Assembly (NCBI GenBank): GCA_951406725.2
Contig: OX597821.1
Span: 109,306,001-109,370,000 of the forward strand
Origin: Octopus vulgaris
Lineage: Eukaryota
DNA length: 64,000 bases
Reading direction: 5' to 3'
The notes beneath the pieces are model-generated. The model saw only the letters and a list, made by a program, of their open reading frames with translations. It made no database searches and was not told the origin of the DNA. The first letter of the stretch is position 1. Each line of letters opens with the position of its first letter. The position numbers and the translations under genes are program-made. Below are positions 27,289-40,894 of the stretch, piece by piece.

Positions 27289-28446
27289 CAGTAGTAGTAG
27301 TCACAAGAGCCGATAGTCCTTTTGGTAAATATGCACGTTAGTAGTGGTGGTCATGGTGGTAGCGTTGACACGAGTTGCTGTTGTTGGTAGTGATAATGGT
27401 GGTGGTGGTGGTGATGGTGATATTAGTGGTGGGTGTGGGGGTGGCAAGGCTGCGAGCTGGCAGAATCCTTAGAACGCCGGACGAAATACGGCTAAGTATT
27501 TTGTCCACCGTTAGGTTTTGAGTTCAAATTCCGCTGAGGTTGACTTTGCCTTTCATCCTTTCGGGGTCGATAAATTAAGTAACAGTTACGTACGTGGGTC
27601 GATCTAATCGAGTAGCCCACTCCCCAAAATTTTCGGAACTTGTACCTTTAGTAGTGGTGGTGGTGGTGGTAGTGGTGGCGGTGGTCGTGGCGGTGGTCGT
27701 GGTTGTGGTAGTTGTGGTGTTTGTGGTGGTGGTGGTGGTTGTGGTGGTTGTGGTGGTTGTGGTGGTGGTGGTGGTTGTGGTGGTTGTGGTGGTTGTGGTG
27801 GTGGTGGTGGTGGTGGTGGTGGTGGTGGTGGTGGTGATGGTGGTTGTGGTGATTGAGGTAGTGGTGGTTGTGGTGGTGGTTGTGGTGGTGGTGGTGGTTG
27901 TGGTAGTTGTGGTGGTTGTGGTGGTGGTGGTGGTGGTGGTGGTGGTGGTGGTGGTGGTGGTGGTGGTGGTGGTGGTGGTGGTGGTGGTGGTGGTGGTGGT
28001 GGTGGTGGTGGTGGTGGTGGTGGTGGTGGTGGTGGTGGTGGTGTTGGTGGTTGTGGTAGTTGTGGTGGTTGTGGTGGTGGTGGTTGTGGTAGTGGTGGTG
28101 GCGGTGGTGGCGGTGGTGGTGGTGGTGCTGGTGGTGGTGGTTGTGGTAGTTGTGGTGGTTGTGGTGGTGGTGGTGGGTTTGGTGGTGGTGGTTTGTTTGG
28201 GGGTGGTGGTGTGCTTGGTGGTGGTGGTGGTTGTGGTGGTGCTGGTGCTGGTGGTTGTGGTGGTGGTTGTGGTGGTGGTGGTTGTGGTGGTGGTGGTGGC
28301 GGTGGTGGTGGTGGTGGCGGTGTTGGTGGTTGTGGTGGTGGTAGTGGTGGGTTTGGTGGTGCTGGTGCTGGTGCTGGTGCTGGTGGTTGTGGTGGTGCTG
28401 GTGGTGCTGGTGGTGCTGGTGGTGCTGGTGGTGGCGGTGGTGATGT
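27233..28446. repeat. (TAG)n and long (GGT/TGT)n arrays, with a SINE B copy at about 27452-27650
   Basis: Seen directly; source of the poly-T, poly-V and poly-G ORFs. Confidence 0.92.
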
Positions 28447-28912
28447 AGGTCGTCGTGGTAGAGATAACTTCCATTCTGAGGGTAATAGTTACCGTTGTCG
28501 ATGTCGTGATGAGTACTTCACGCTTGTTTTCTTCGTGATAACTGCTGACATTCTTGCTATCGTTGCCGTCGCTGTTTCGCCCCCTAACGACAGCCCTGGT
28601 CGATAGCCCAATTCATATCGCACATCAACACCATCAATTACATTGAGTAACACGACTTTTGTCCTGGGGTAGTAACAGTTATTTCTTGTTTGCTTACCCA
28701 TAGAAAGTATGAAAAATGGCTAATGTTTCCTTCAAAGTTTGCTTTTGTTACAATATTTATTCAAACCCCAAAGAATCCCTCTCAACCCATGGCTATGATT
28801 CCGCAATAAACCCACCCAACCCCACCCACTACTCCTGCTCATTACCAGAGATGCATACGCATATTGTCAACCACTGAGGGATGTGCTGATGTGGATAAAG
28901 TCAAGCAATTAG

Positions 28913-29200
28913 ATTTCTTTATTGGCCACGCAGGGCTAAACACAGAAGGGACAAAATACAACGTAGAGTTTTTCTTTTTGGGAAGAAGAGAAGGGAAAAA
29001 AAGAGAAAAAAGCGGGGTAGGCAAATTCCGATCAAAGGAAATGTGAAAAAAAATGGGGACGATCAATAGGGATCATGTATCACAGAAATGTCAATGTAAA
29101 AAGGAAAAACAGATTAAGTTTGTCCGTGGATAGAAAAGCCTACGGAAAAGACCACGGGAAACTTGGGTAATAGTGTCATGCATACAAAAAAAACACATAA
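28913..29200 (-). mobile_element. Probable LINE 3' UTR fragment
   Basis: Minus-strand end TTGTCCCTTCTGTGTTTAGCCCTGCGTGGCCAATAAAGAAAT resembles the 25052 LINE end and the SINE B tail. Confidence 0.5.
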
Positions 29201-29879
29201 GTGGCTCTCTTTTTACCTTTCGTTAGTAATTAACAAGCAAATCAGTGGTATTGAGCAGAATGGTTGCTATAAAGATATTTCTGCTTCAGCAACTCAACGC
29301 TGAATCTGTCTGAAATGTAATGGGAAATAGGTCAGCTTTACGACATTGATGTGCAGGACAGAAAAGCAAAATTTGAAGGGAATAGGTATCCATTTTCTTT
29401 GAATTCTAGATAGAAACAAATAGGAAACAACATTTATTGACAAAAGATAAAAAAAAAAAAAATTTGTTACAGTGTCATTCAGGCATGACGTATCCTGGAC
29501 GACATTCTCCAATGCGCCCTTTTTTCCATTATTTGAATGCAATTTGAGGGTGATTTGGCTACTATTTTAGTACGTCAACTCATCCCATAGACACTTAAAT
29601 CGTTGGCTGTGTTGGACGAAGCAATAGCATTTCTCGCATCAATGATGGGGACGACGGTAATGGTAGCGGCGGCGGCGGTGGGGCCTGTGGCGGTGGTGGT
29701 TGTAGTGGTGGTGGTGGTGGTGGTGGTGGTGGTATATAATACAGGTGGTAGTGGAGTGGTTGGGGGTATACACTTCTGTATTGCAAAAAGTCACTGTGAG
29801 ATTAAATACTAATCGGATTATGAAGCTAAATCTAAAGACTTTACTTTTCAATTCTCATTTTCCCTCTTATTTATTGATT

Positions 29880-30074
29880 TACATACAAGAATATACATAC
29901 ATATATACATTCATATATACTTTATGGCGTGTGCGTATATATATATCTAAACATGCATATGTACATAATGCATGCATAAATGCATATATATATTATATAT
30001 TATATACAAATATATATACACACATATATATACATACATAGATATATACATACATACATACATACATACATGCT

Positions 30075-30127
<53 letters not shown>

Positions 30128-30209
30128 GCACACACTCACAGACAGAGAAAAAGAGGGGGAAATAATAAAACTAAATATGTAACCATACGCATATAAATAC
30201 ATATTGATT

Positions 30210-30240
<31 letters not shown>

Positions 30241-30585
30241 ACACACACATATATACATACATATATATATATATATATACATATATATGTGCATAGATGC
30301 ATTTATAAACATTTATGTGCATATACATACACATATATATATAAACGTGTGCGTGTATTAAATACACGTAAACACACGCACACAGAGGCATATACATGAA
30401 TATACATGTGTGTGTGTGTGTGTGTATACATACACACACGCAGGTATCCATGTGCACATACTGACATGCATACGCATATATAAATATATATGTATGCACG
30501 CACATATATATATACATACATATAGATATATACATATATAAATATATATGTATGCACGCACATATATATATATACATACTTATAG

Positions 30586-30680
<95 letters not shown>

Positions 30681-30731
30681 CAGATGGTGAGTACTTAAGG
30701 AGAGAAAGAAAAGAAAGAAAGAAAGAAAGAG

Positions 30732-30770
<39 letters not shown>

Positions 30771-30797
30771 CAGAAAGAAAGAAAAAAGAAAGAAGGA

Positions 30798-30861
<64 letters not shown>

Positions 30862-30930
30862 GAGAAAGAAAGAAAGAAAGAAAGAAAGAGGGAACAGAAA
30901 GGAAGAAAGAAATGAAGGAAGAAAGAAAGA
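29880..30930. repeat. (TA)n/(TACA)n block followed by (GAAA)n
   Basis: Seen directly. Confidence 0.9.
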
Positions 30931-31344
30931 GTGTAAATCGATTTTTCGTTTTTTTTTTTGTTTTTTTTAATTATTCCCCCTCATCAGTATAATCCGAATA
31001 AATCGATTAAGAATTAAACAAAGAGCATAATTAAAGAGCCATAGGAAAAAAAATACATAAAACCCCTCATCAACAAATCCCCCTTTTTTTTTTGTTATTT
31101 GACTTGCAGTAGTTTTGTGTAGATATTAACGTACATAGAGCTGAGGTCGAGCTCTCTCTTTTGTTTTACATTTATTCACTAATACAGTCATAACGTAAGC
31201 ATACATACACTCATGTCGTTACACACACACACACGCATACACACACACATACACACGCATACACACAAATACACATACACACATGCACACACATATACAC
31301 ACACAAACACGCACTGAGAGACAAATTTGTTTGTTTTTTTCGTT

Positions 31345-31631
31345 TATCTTTTAATTGTTTCGGTCATTTGACTGCGGCCATGCTGCAGTATTGCCTTCAA
31401 GGTGTTTTCGTCGAATGAATTGACTCCCCAAGTATTTTTGATGTCTTTTTTTAAAATAAAAAAAACCCTGGTACTGATTCTATCGCTCTTTTTAGCCGAA
31501 CTGTCAAGTTACAGCGACGTAAACACACTAACAGCGTTTCTTAAGCAGTTGTAGGGGACAAACATACACACGAACACACACACACACACACATACACATA
31601 TACATGTATACATATATATATACATATATAC

Positions 31632-31690
<59 letters not shown>

Positions 31691-31812
31691 GACTTTTATT
31701 CTTTCACTCGTTTTAGTTATTTGATAGCGGTCATGCTGGAGCACTCACCAACATATGTTGTAAAGCGATGACGGGGGGCGGGGAGTAACAAACACAGACA
31801 CTCACACATGCG

Positions 31813-31864
<52 letters not shown>

Positions 31865-32015
31865 AATATATATATGAAAGCTTCTCTAAGTTTCCGCCTT
31901 CCAAATCCACTCACAAAGCTTGGCCGGCCCGAGGCAGAAGACACTTCAGCTAGGTGCCACGCAGAGGGACTGAACGCGGAACAATGTGGTTGGGAAGCAA
32001 GCCTCTTGCCACACA
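31345..32015 (-). mobile_element. Diverged SINE family A copies
   Basis: CATTTGACTGCGGCCATGCTG at 31365 and CCAAATCCACTCACAAAGCTTGGCCGGCCCGAGGC...GGGACTGAAC at 31900-31975. Confidence 0.7.
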
Positions 32016-33168
32016 AGATGTTTCTCCAATGATGTAACGATCCTTCCAATCTTGAGTTCAAGAGTTCAAAATCTTAGAGGAAGAAATGCCGTTAACCTCA
32101 GTATTTCACTGGAATATATTTTGCTGGCCCAGAAGCATGTATAGCAAAGTTAGCGTCGATGAAGATCGGATCTCAGAATGTACAGAGCACAGCCAAATAC
32201 TACAAAATATTTTGTTAGACGCTCTGATTTTGTCAATCCACTTCCCTATTTTCTTCAAAATTTCCTTTTTTATATTTCTACCATCGAAACTTTCTGTTTC
32301 AACCAATCTACCACCCAGTTTCTCTACTCACATTCTACCACTTAACATTGCTGCTTCTACCAACATGCATTGCTGCATCTACAAGATCTCCTCCATATTT
32401 TGTCAAAATACTACCTGCATTCTACCAAACAATTTTCGGTTTCTGCCAATCTATCTCTCTGTTTCTTTCCAACCTCCAGCCCATCTTTCTTTTTGCGACC
32501 AATCTATGTATTTTTCACTTAGGTTACACTCATATTAGACTGAAAAACAAACTCCATCGATGGCGAACAAACTAGGAGACAGCTTTCTGCTTCGCTTCTT
32601 AACAAATTTACTCCAAAACATGATAGATGACTGGAGAATATTTAACTTGGAAACAGATTTGCGCTATATACACCACTGTCACGAAATCTGATTCTCCTGA
32701 AGATCGATGATCAATATGTCATTATTAAACTCATCCTTTCACATATCGCATGCTGCAAAATATCAACTCCCATCACCATCTACAAATTTGAACATTTAAA
32801 ACTTTCATTTACATAATATATTAGCCACAGGAATTCTTCCGTGGTTTTACCTTCAGTAGCTCCTCTATTGCTGTAGGGACGATGAAAAGCATAACATGTC
32901 CCATCTCCTTCATGTTACAATTATTTAACACCACTACAGCGCCCCCAATGAACAAGCAATGAACGAAACCCATTGAATCCGCCACCATCCAGCCTCAGTT
33001 TTTCAGACAGTCCATGGGCCCATTTACGTTTTAAAACGTTAGGTTATGTGAGATGCGGGATATTTTACTGCTATTTCTAGCAGTTAAATTACCATGTACA
33101 AACTCCCTTCTTGATTTGTCGTGAATCATTAAAGATATATATACATACATACATACGTATATATATAA

Positions 33169-33503
33169 ATTAGTGAATTGAAGAAATGGAGTTGAACGAA
33201 GATTGAACAGAAATCGTTTTATTGCATTCTACACGTGTTTCGAAAGGCACAAATTACCAAATTGGCCATGGGCTCAGTTTGGCCATGGGCTCTTAGGAGA
33301 CTCGTTCGATTTGTTTTGCTCCGCCTCTGTTCTGTTTTTGTTTTTTCCAACGGATTTCCTATTTCTTCCTGAAGAGAAAGACACAATATGGTCTCCTTAT
33401 TCAATCGGAATTTGGTAAATTGTGCCTTTCGAAACACGTGTAGAATGCAATAAAACGATTTCTGTTCAATCTTCGTTCAACTCCATTTCTTCAATTCACT
33501 AAT
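33169..33503. repeat. 93-bp inverted repeat (one mismatch) around a 149-bp spacer; Penelope-like terminal structure
   Basis: 33169-33261 is the reverse complement of 33411-33503. Confidence 0.92.
33366..33445 (+). ncRNA. Type I hammerhead ribozyme with long stem II and palindromic stem III
   Basis: TTC-CTGAAGA(33369-75); stem II GAAAGACACAAT/ATTGTGCCTTTC (11 of 12 bp); GAAA(33431-34)-CACGTG-TA-GAA. Palindrome ACACGTGT; predicted cleavage after GUA at 33442. Confidence 0.72.
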
Positions 33504-33656
33504 AATATTAAAATTCAATTATCCGCACCAACGCACGGTTGCAACACCATATGGTTGTACCTCCAACCGTGCTGTCTTCTGCTGTGATTTTTGCTACCAA
33601 GGTATCGGTTAAACCTTTGATTAATCTGCAACAAGATTATTCATCTTTCTATTTCA

Positions 33657-33713
<57 letters not shown>

Positions 33714-34052
33714 GAGATTAAGAGAGAAGATGGAAAGAGAGAAGACAGAAAGAGAGTAAGAGAGAAAAGAGTAAGAGAGAAGAGAAGTAGCAGTCGGGAC
33801 AAGAGAGAAGAGTTAGGTGGGAGGAAGTGGAAAGGAGGGGGAGAGAGGCAAGAGGAAGAGGTTAGATGAAGAGGGTACAGCAGCGAAGAGAGAAGATTAA
33901 TCCCTGTTCATGGCGCAAACGGGAGTCAGAATGGCCTCTGTGCAAGGGCAATCCGGACAGGTGTTGCAAAAAGTGACCGGTAGAGCGGAAATGGCATGAG
34001 ACCGGGGTGTCATATATATATATTGTTCTATATAATAGAATATATATATATA

Positions 34053-34390
34053 GGCGCAGGAGTGGCAGTGTGGTAAGTGGCTTCCTTACCAACCACATGG
34101 ATCCGGGTTCAGTCCCACTGCGTGGTACCTTGAGCGAATGTCTTCTAATGTAGCCTCAGGCCGACCAAAGCCTGGTGAGTGGATTTGGTAGACGGAAACT
34201 GAATGAAGCCTGTCGTATGTGTATGTATGTACGTGAGAATGTTTGTTTGCCCCAGCAACATCACTTGATAACCGATACTGGTATGTTTAGCTGTTCGGGA
34301 AAAGAGACCTTGGGTCGATTTTCTCGACTAAAGGCAGTGCTCCAGCATGACCGCAGTCAAATGATTGAAACAAGTAAAAGAGTAAAAGAG
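34053..34390 (+). mobile_element. SINE family A (duplicated with its flank at 35797)
   Basis: A and B boxes; same internal deletion and upstream flank as the 35797 copy. Confidence 0.85.
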
Positions 34391-34424
34391 TATATATATG
34401 TATGGAAGTGTGTGTGCATACACA

Positions 34425-34666
34425 CATGCGTTCATCTTATTACAATATATACACGCACACACATAAACATACACACGAACACACACATGCACACACGCAA
34501 AGAAACATACACACACATGCACACACCACATACACACACATACACAAACACACACACATATGCAGGCACACACATAGATGCCAACAAACACACACACACA
34601 CACACATAAACAAAAAAGGTTACATGACCACGCACAAATACAACCGCAACCACCTGCACACACACG

Positions 34667-34722
<56 letters not shown>

Positions 34723-34944
34723 CACACACACACTCACACACACAGACATTTTAAATATTTTTATGGGGGTGTGAGTGCATGCCATTTCGCAGTGACGTTT
34801 TAAGGTCGGGAAGTGTAAAGACAGTAATTACGACCAATTATTTCACCCTTGTCCTCAGCCGTCTCGTTTCTGTTGTAAACATCTCTTAACAAATGTCACC
34901 GTTGCCAGACTAGACTAATGTATAATAGACAGGATGAGCAGTTA

Positions 34945-34996
<52 letters not shown>

Positions 34997-35117
34997 CTTT
35001 TGTATCTTTAATTAGGTCTTACGTCTTGGCAACGAACACAAACGCATATGCACGCGCACAGACAGGCACGAATACACACACACACACACACATAAACAGA
35101 CGGGAAGCTAGACAGAC

Positions 35118-35212
<95 letters not shown>

Positions 35213-35229
35213 CTGACATACAGACAGAT

Positions 35230-35279
<50 letters not shown>

Positions 35280-35325
35280 TGTGTGTGAGAGAGAGAGAGA
35301 GAGATAGACTGACATACAGACAGAT

Positions 35326-35392
<67 letters not shown>

Positions 35393-35413
35393 TAGACAGA
35401 CAGACAGACAGAT

Positions 35414-35486
<73 letters not shown>

Positions 35487-35662
35487 TAGACAGACAGACA
35501 GACCGATAGAAAGATAGATAGATAGATACATGGAGAGACACAAACAGACATCCATACATACAAACATGCATACATATATATATATACGTATAAGCACATA
35601 TTTAGGGAGATAAACATGCACAGACACACACATACACACGCACGCACGCACACACATACACG

Positions 35663-35698
<36 letters not shown>

Positions 35699-35768
35699 AA
35701 CATGCATAAATACATATATAAATACACATATGCGCACACATGTAAATATATATATATATATATATATA
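34425..35768. repeat. (CA)n, (TG)n, (GATA)n/(GA)n compound microsatellites
   Basis: Seen directly. Confidence 0.9.
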
Positions 35769-35796
35769 TTGTTCTATATAATAGAATATATATATA

Positions 35797-36132
35797 GGCG
35801 CAGGAGTGGCAGTGTGGTAAGTGGCTTCCTTACCAACCACATGGATCCGGGTTCAGTCCCACTGCGTGGTACCTTGAGCGAGTGTCTTCTAATATAGCCT
35901 CGGGCCGACCAAAACCTTGTGAGTGGATTTGGTAGACGGAAACTGAAAGAAGCCTGTCGTATGTGTATGTATGTACGTGAGTATGTTTGTTTGTGTGTCT
36001 GTTTGTCCCAGCAACATCACTTGACAACCGATACTGGTGTGTTTAGCTGTTCGGGAAAAGAGACCTAACAAATAATAAGTCCTTGGGTCGATTTTCTCGA
36101 CTAAAGGCAGTGCTCCAGCATGACCGCAGTCA
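35797..36132 (+). mobile_element. SINE family A
   Basis: Collinear with the other family A copies. Confidence 0.85.
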
Positions 36133-36207
36133 TATGTAAATGTATATATGTATACATATATATATGCATGTTATAGATTTATGCAATATATATAAAATAT
36201 AGATATA

Positions 36208-36239
<32 letters not shown>

Positions 36240-36373
36240 TTATATATATTAATAAATATATATATATATATATATATACATTAATATACATATATTAATG
36301 TATATATATATACACACACTATTTTAATGAATTAGAAAATAACTTCCCCAAGTGTTGCTCAAAATTTCACATA

Positions 36374-36454
36374 ACCGTTCATCAGACACTTATATTGTTA
36401 TTGTCAATGAGATTTTATTTTATTTTGAGTTCTCACAAGTATCTGATGAACGGT
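36374..36454. repeat. Inverted repeat / hairpin
   Basis: ACCGTTCATCAGA (36374-86) pairs with TCTGATGAACGGT (36442-54), extended by ACTT/AAGT. Confidence 0.8.
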
Positions 36455-36580
36455 CATTTGAAACTCTGAAGAAATTTCTGAAGTTCTTTCAGCATCAATA
36501 AAATAGCAATTCACCCTATCTTTGATATTTGAGTTCTTGTTCTGCACCTATGTTCTCTCACGTGTAGTATATACATTTGA

Positions 36581-37359
36581 CGGAGACGCAATGGCCCAAT
36601 GGCAGTCGTAGGATTGCGGTTACGATTCCCAGACCGGGTGTTCTGAGTGTTTATTCACCAAATAGGCGCAGGAGTGGCTGTGTGGTAAGTAGCTTGCCTA
36701 CCAACCACATGGTTCTGGGTTCAGTCCCCCTACGTGGCATCTTGGGCAAGTGTCTTCTGCTATAGCCTCGGGCCGACCAATGCCTTGTGAGTGGATTTGG
36801 TAGACGGAAACTGAAAGAAGCCTGTCGTATATATGTATATATATGTATGTGTATGTATATGTTTGGGTGTCTGTGTTTGTCCCTCTAGCATTGCTTGATA
36901 ACCGATGCTGGTGTGTTTACGTCCCCGTCACTTAGCGGTTCGGCAAAAAAGAACGATAGAATAAATACTGGGCTTACAAAAAATAAGTCCCGGGGTCGAT
37001 TTGCTCGACTAAAGGCGGTGCTCCAGCATGGCCGCAGTCAAATGACTGAAACAAATAAAAGAGTAAAAGAGTAAAAAAAAAAATTTTAAGCTCCACGAGG
37101 CTCCGGTAATGGGTGCTCTTTCACCACCACTTTCTCTCACTCTTTCTTCATGTTTCTGTTGAACCCTGTATTTCAAAGGGACAAGCCTTGTTACACTCTG
37201 TGTCACACTGAATCCCCCTCCCCCGCACCGGAGAACTACGTTAAGGGTACACGTGTCTGTGAAGTGCTCAGCCACTTACACGTTAACTTCACGAGCAGGC
37301 TGTTCCGTTGATCGGATCAACTGGAACCTTCGTCGTCTCGTCGCAACCTACGGAGTGCC
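36581..37359 (+). mobile_element. tRNA(Arg)-like SINE interrupted by a full-length family A SINE (36665-37075)
   Basis: 5' part ends at GTGTTTATT near 36655 and resumes at AAGCTCCACGAGGCTCCGG near 37088; compare the uninterrupted copy at 17032-17429. Confidence 0.85.
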
Positions 37360-37485
37360 ACGGTATACGAATTAATTCGTTCCCGGAGAATGCTTGTGAA
37401 GCGAAAACTAATAAAGAGAAAACAAAACTCGTAAACCCGGTGTCTCGCAAAGCTAGTCCTCGTAAAGTGAGGTGTTTCTCTTTGT

Positions 37486-37518
<33 letters not shown>

Positions 37519-38014
37519 AAGGCACATGGCTCATGATCGGGAGTTTAATTAGCGGCCACTCATTGTGCCCTTGAGCAAGACTCTTTATTTCACCTTGCTC
37601 CAATCAGCTGGCAAATATGAGTAATACTTGTATTTCAAAGGAACCCTCATCGTCGTAACTTTTACTTATTTCAGTCATTTGACTGCGACCATGCTGGAGC
37701 ACCTCTTTTAATCGAACAAATCGACCCCAGACCTTATTCTTTGTTAGCCTAGTACTTATTCTATCAGTCTATGTATGTATGTATGTATGTATGTATGTAT
37801 GTATGTATGTATGTATGTATGTATGTATAAGAAGAATGACCACTAAGTGGGCATCCATTATGCTAAAGGTAGACCCCATATGGATGTCCACATATATGTA
37901 TGTGATATAATTTTTGTGAATCTTCAGATTTTTCAATATGCTAGGCGATTGGTTTTATATTGATATTAATCAAATTAATATTCAATTTTTCACCCTTATT
38001 ATTTAAATTATATA

Positions 38015-38046
<32 letters not shown>

Positions 38047-38243
38047 ATTGTTTGTTTGTTTCCCACCTGCCTTCGTCTTTTGTCTATTTTCATAAAGCTT
38101 CCCGTTATATATATATATATATATATGTATATCAATATATATATATATACATATATATGTATATCTATATATATATAGATATACATATATATATATATAT
38201 ATAAAAGATATATATATATATTATATATATATAAAGATAGATA

Positions 38244-38368
<125 letters not shown>

Positions 38369-38369
38369 T

Positions 38370-38534
38370 ACGACGGGTTTCTTTCAGTTTCCGTCTACCA
38401 AATCCACTCACAAGGCTTTGGTCGACCCGAGGCTCTAGTAGAAGACACTTGGCCGAGGTCCCATGCAGTGGGACTGAACCCAGAACCATGTTGTTGGGAA
38501 GCAAGCTTTTTACCACACAGCCACTCCTGCGCCT
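38370..38534 (-). mobile_element. SINE family A, 5' half
   Basis: Ends in ACCACACAGCCACTCCTGCGCC, the reverse complement of the family A head. Confidence 0.85.
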
Positions 38535-38959
38535 GTGTATGTGTGTGTGTGTGTGTCTGTGCCCACATTATAAATATAATATAGCGCTTAGTGCGGCGTC
38601 TGAACGAGCTGAGTTTGAGCTTTTACAGTGATCCTACAAATCCGTAATTGTTGCTTTCCATCTTTCTGGGTTCGATGAAATCAAAGTACCAATCAATACA
38701 TTTACCCCTCTCATAAAATTTCTCATCTTCTGTCTACATTAAATACTAATATCAACATTAATATTGTCACGTTCCAAGTTCAAATCCAACCGAAGTCGAC
38801 TTTGCCTTTCATTTTTTTTTTCGGGGTCGATACATTATTTACCAGATAAGCATTGAAATCGATAAAATCGACAAACCCCCCGCCCCTAAAACATCATGCC
38901 TTGTATCTATAATGAATATTGGAATCAATTCGGCGGTGAAATTAAACGATTAAACGATA

Positions 38960-39370
38960 GGCGCAGGAGTGGCTGTGTGGTAAGTAGCTTGCTAACCAAC
39001 CACATGGTTCCGGGTTCAGTCCCACTGCGTGGCATTTTGGGCAAGTGTCTTCTGCTATAGCCCCGGGCCGACCAATGCCTTGTGAGTGGATTTGGTAGAC
39101 AGAAACTGAAAGAAGCCTGTCGTATATATGTATATATATATATATATATATGTGTTTGTATGTGTGTTTGTCTCCCTAGCATTGCTTGACAACCGATACT
39201 GGTGTGTTTACGCCCCCGTCACTTAGCGGTTCGGCAAAAGGGACCAATGGAATAAGTACTGGGCTTACAAAGAATAAGTCCCGGGGTCGATTTCCTCGAC
39301 TAAAAGGCGGTGCTCCAGCATGGCCGCAGTCAAATGACTGGACCAAGTAAAAGAGTAAAAGAGTAAAGAG
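38960..39370 (+). mobile_element. SINE family A, full length
   Basis: From GGCGCAGGAGTGGCTGTGTGG to a (GTAAAAGA)n tail. Confidence 0.9.
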
Positions 39371-40087
39371 ATTACTTATTTGAGATTTTCAGTATGGGAT
39401 GCTCGTTCCGTCAATGTTGCTCTCCTCTCTTATATATATATTTGTCATTGAAGCTTTTGCTGTGAATGCTGGATTGCTTGGTGGTCATATGCTGCTAGAC
39501 TGGGTCGCAAGGTGACCTTGTTCGTATACGCAGATGATGTCGGGTGTCATGGTACAAAGAAAATTGGTGAAATTCAAATCAAACTAGAGTTGTTCATTTC
39601 TTTTGGTTTTGTTCTGAGTTCAAATTCCGCCAATCTGGACTTTATTTTGGATCCCTTTCGGGGTCAATAAGATAAGTACCAGTTGAGCACTGGAATCGAA
39701 ATAATACATAGCCCCTCCCCGCCAAATTTCAGGCCTTCTGTCTTTAGTAGAAACGATAATTATTACAGAAGCAAGAAACCGGTAGAATAGTTACAGTAAC
39801 GGAAATATGTTCGGCATTATTTTTCCCCGGCCCTTTTATGCCCTGTATTCAAATCCTGTCAGGATCACCATTACTTTTAATCATTTCGGAATCGATAAAA
39901 CGAAATATCAGATGTTACTAGCCTTGTTCCTAAATCAGAATTTTTTTTTTCTAATTGACCTCTGCAGCGCTTTAAATTTCCTTATCTTATTGGGTATAGG
40001 AAGATTTCAGTGTGTAATGATGAGGACCAGACGTAGGTGAAGAAAAGAATAGAGGTAGAGGGACCTTTATACTGGAAAATTCTAAGG

Positions 40088-40365
40088 CAAGGGTTCTCAA
40101 CCATTTTTTATCTATGGATCCTTTTTTTATTCTGGTAGACCACCACCACCCTAGTCATTCGATATTTAAAAACTAGCTTCATGCAAATTTGTGCAGGTTG
40201 AACTATGGAAAATATTAGAAAGAGTAACGTAGCTGTTTCTTGCTATACATACATCTAATACATACCAATACATCTAAACCAAATTTTCTTTCAGGGCCCC
40301 TTAAAATACTATCGTAAATCCCGAATTTTCTATTTTATTGTATGGACCCCGATTGAGAACTTCTG
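40088..40365. mobile_element. hAT-type MITE
   Basis: TIRs CAAGGGTTCTCAA / TTGAGAACTTCTG and a perfect 8-bp TSD TTCTAAGG (40080-87, 40366-73). Confidence 0.88.
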
Positions 40366-40894
40366 TTCTAAGGAATCGAGAATGTATTCGGCAAGTCCAT
40401 ATGGATATCATTGTTGATGTGTCTGTTCGCAAATATGTCTGATATTTGCACCACGAGATGTTCTAAAGGAAGAATGAATGTGGCCTTTCCCAAATACATC
40501 AGCTCATTTAGCATACGACCAGTGAAGTCATAGTATATACCACACGTTGGAGATGTTGTCAGCTACTCCGTTGATGAGATTTTCTGGTTCTTTGAGTTAT
40601 CTTTTAATGTAAAAGGGAACCCAACACTGTATACTGAGTGTTGGGCTTGATTACACTCCGGCTCAGCCCTGGCTGACTTGCTAAGCCTGACTTGCAGCCC
40701 TGGCGACTGATGCTATTGCTCGAAAAAAGAATTTGTCCGGGTACCATTTAAATCTTCCTTTGTGCATTACGTTTTGCTTTTTGTATTTCATTTCCACCTC
40801 TGTTGATGTGAATGTGTGTGTTGAAATAAACGTTGTAGTAAGCGGGGTCATGAGGCCAATACTACTACTACTACTACTAATCATAATAATAATC

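Noticed and set aside
27575-28474. 299-aa poly-Thr mucin-like ORF and overlapping poly-Val and poly-Gly ORFs
   Set aside because: A pure (GGT)n array that runs into a SINE, with no complex domain.
36427-36466. CTGATGA...GAAACTC with upstream GAGTT as a type III hammerhead
   Set aside because: Stems I and II cannot form, and the CTGATGA lies inside a 13-bp inverted-repeat arm.
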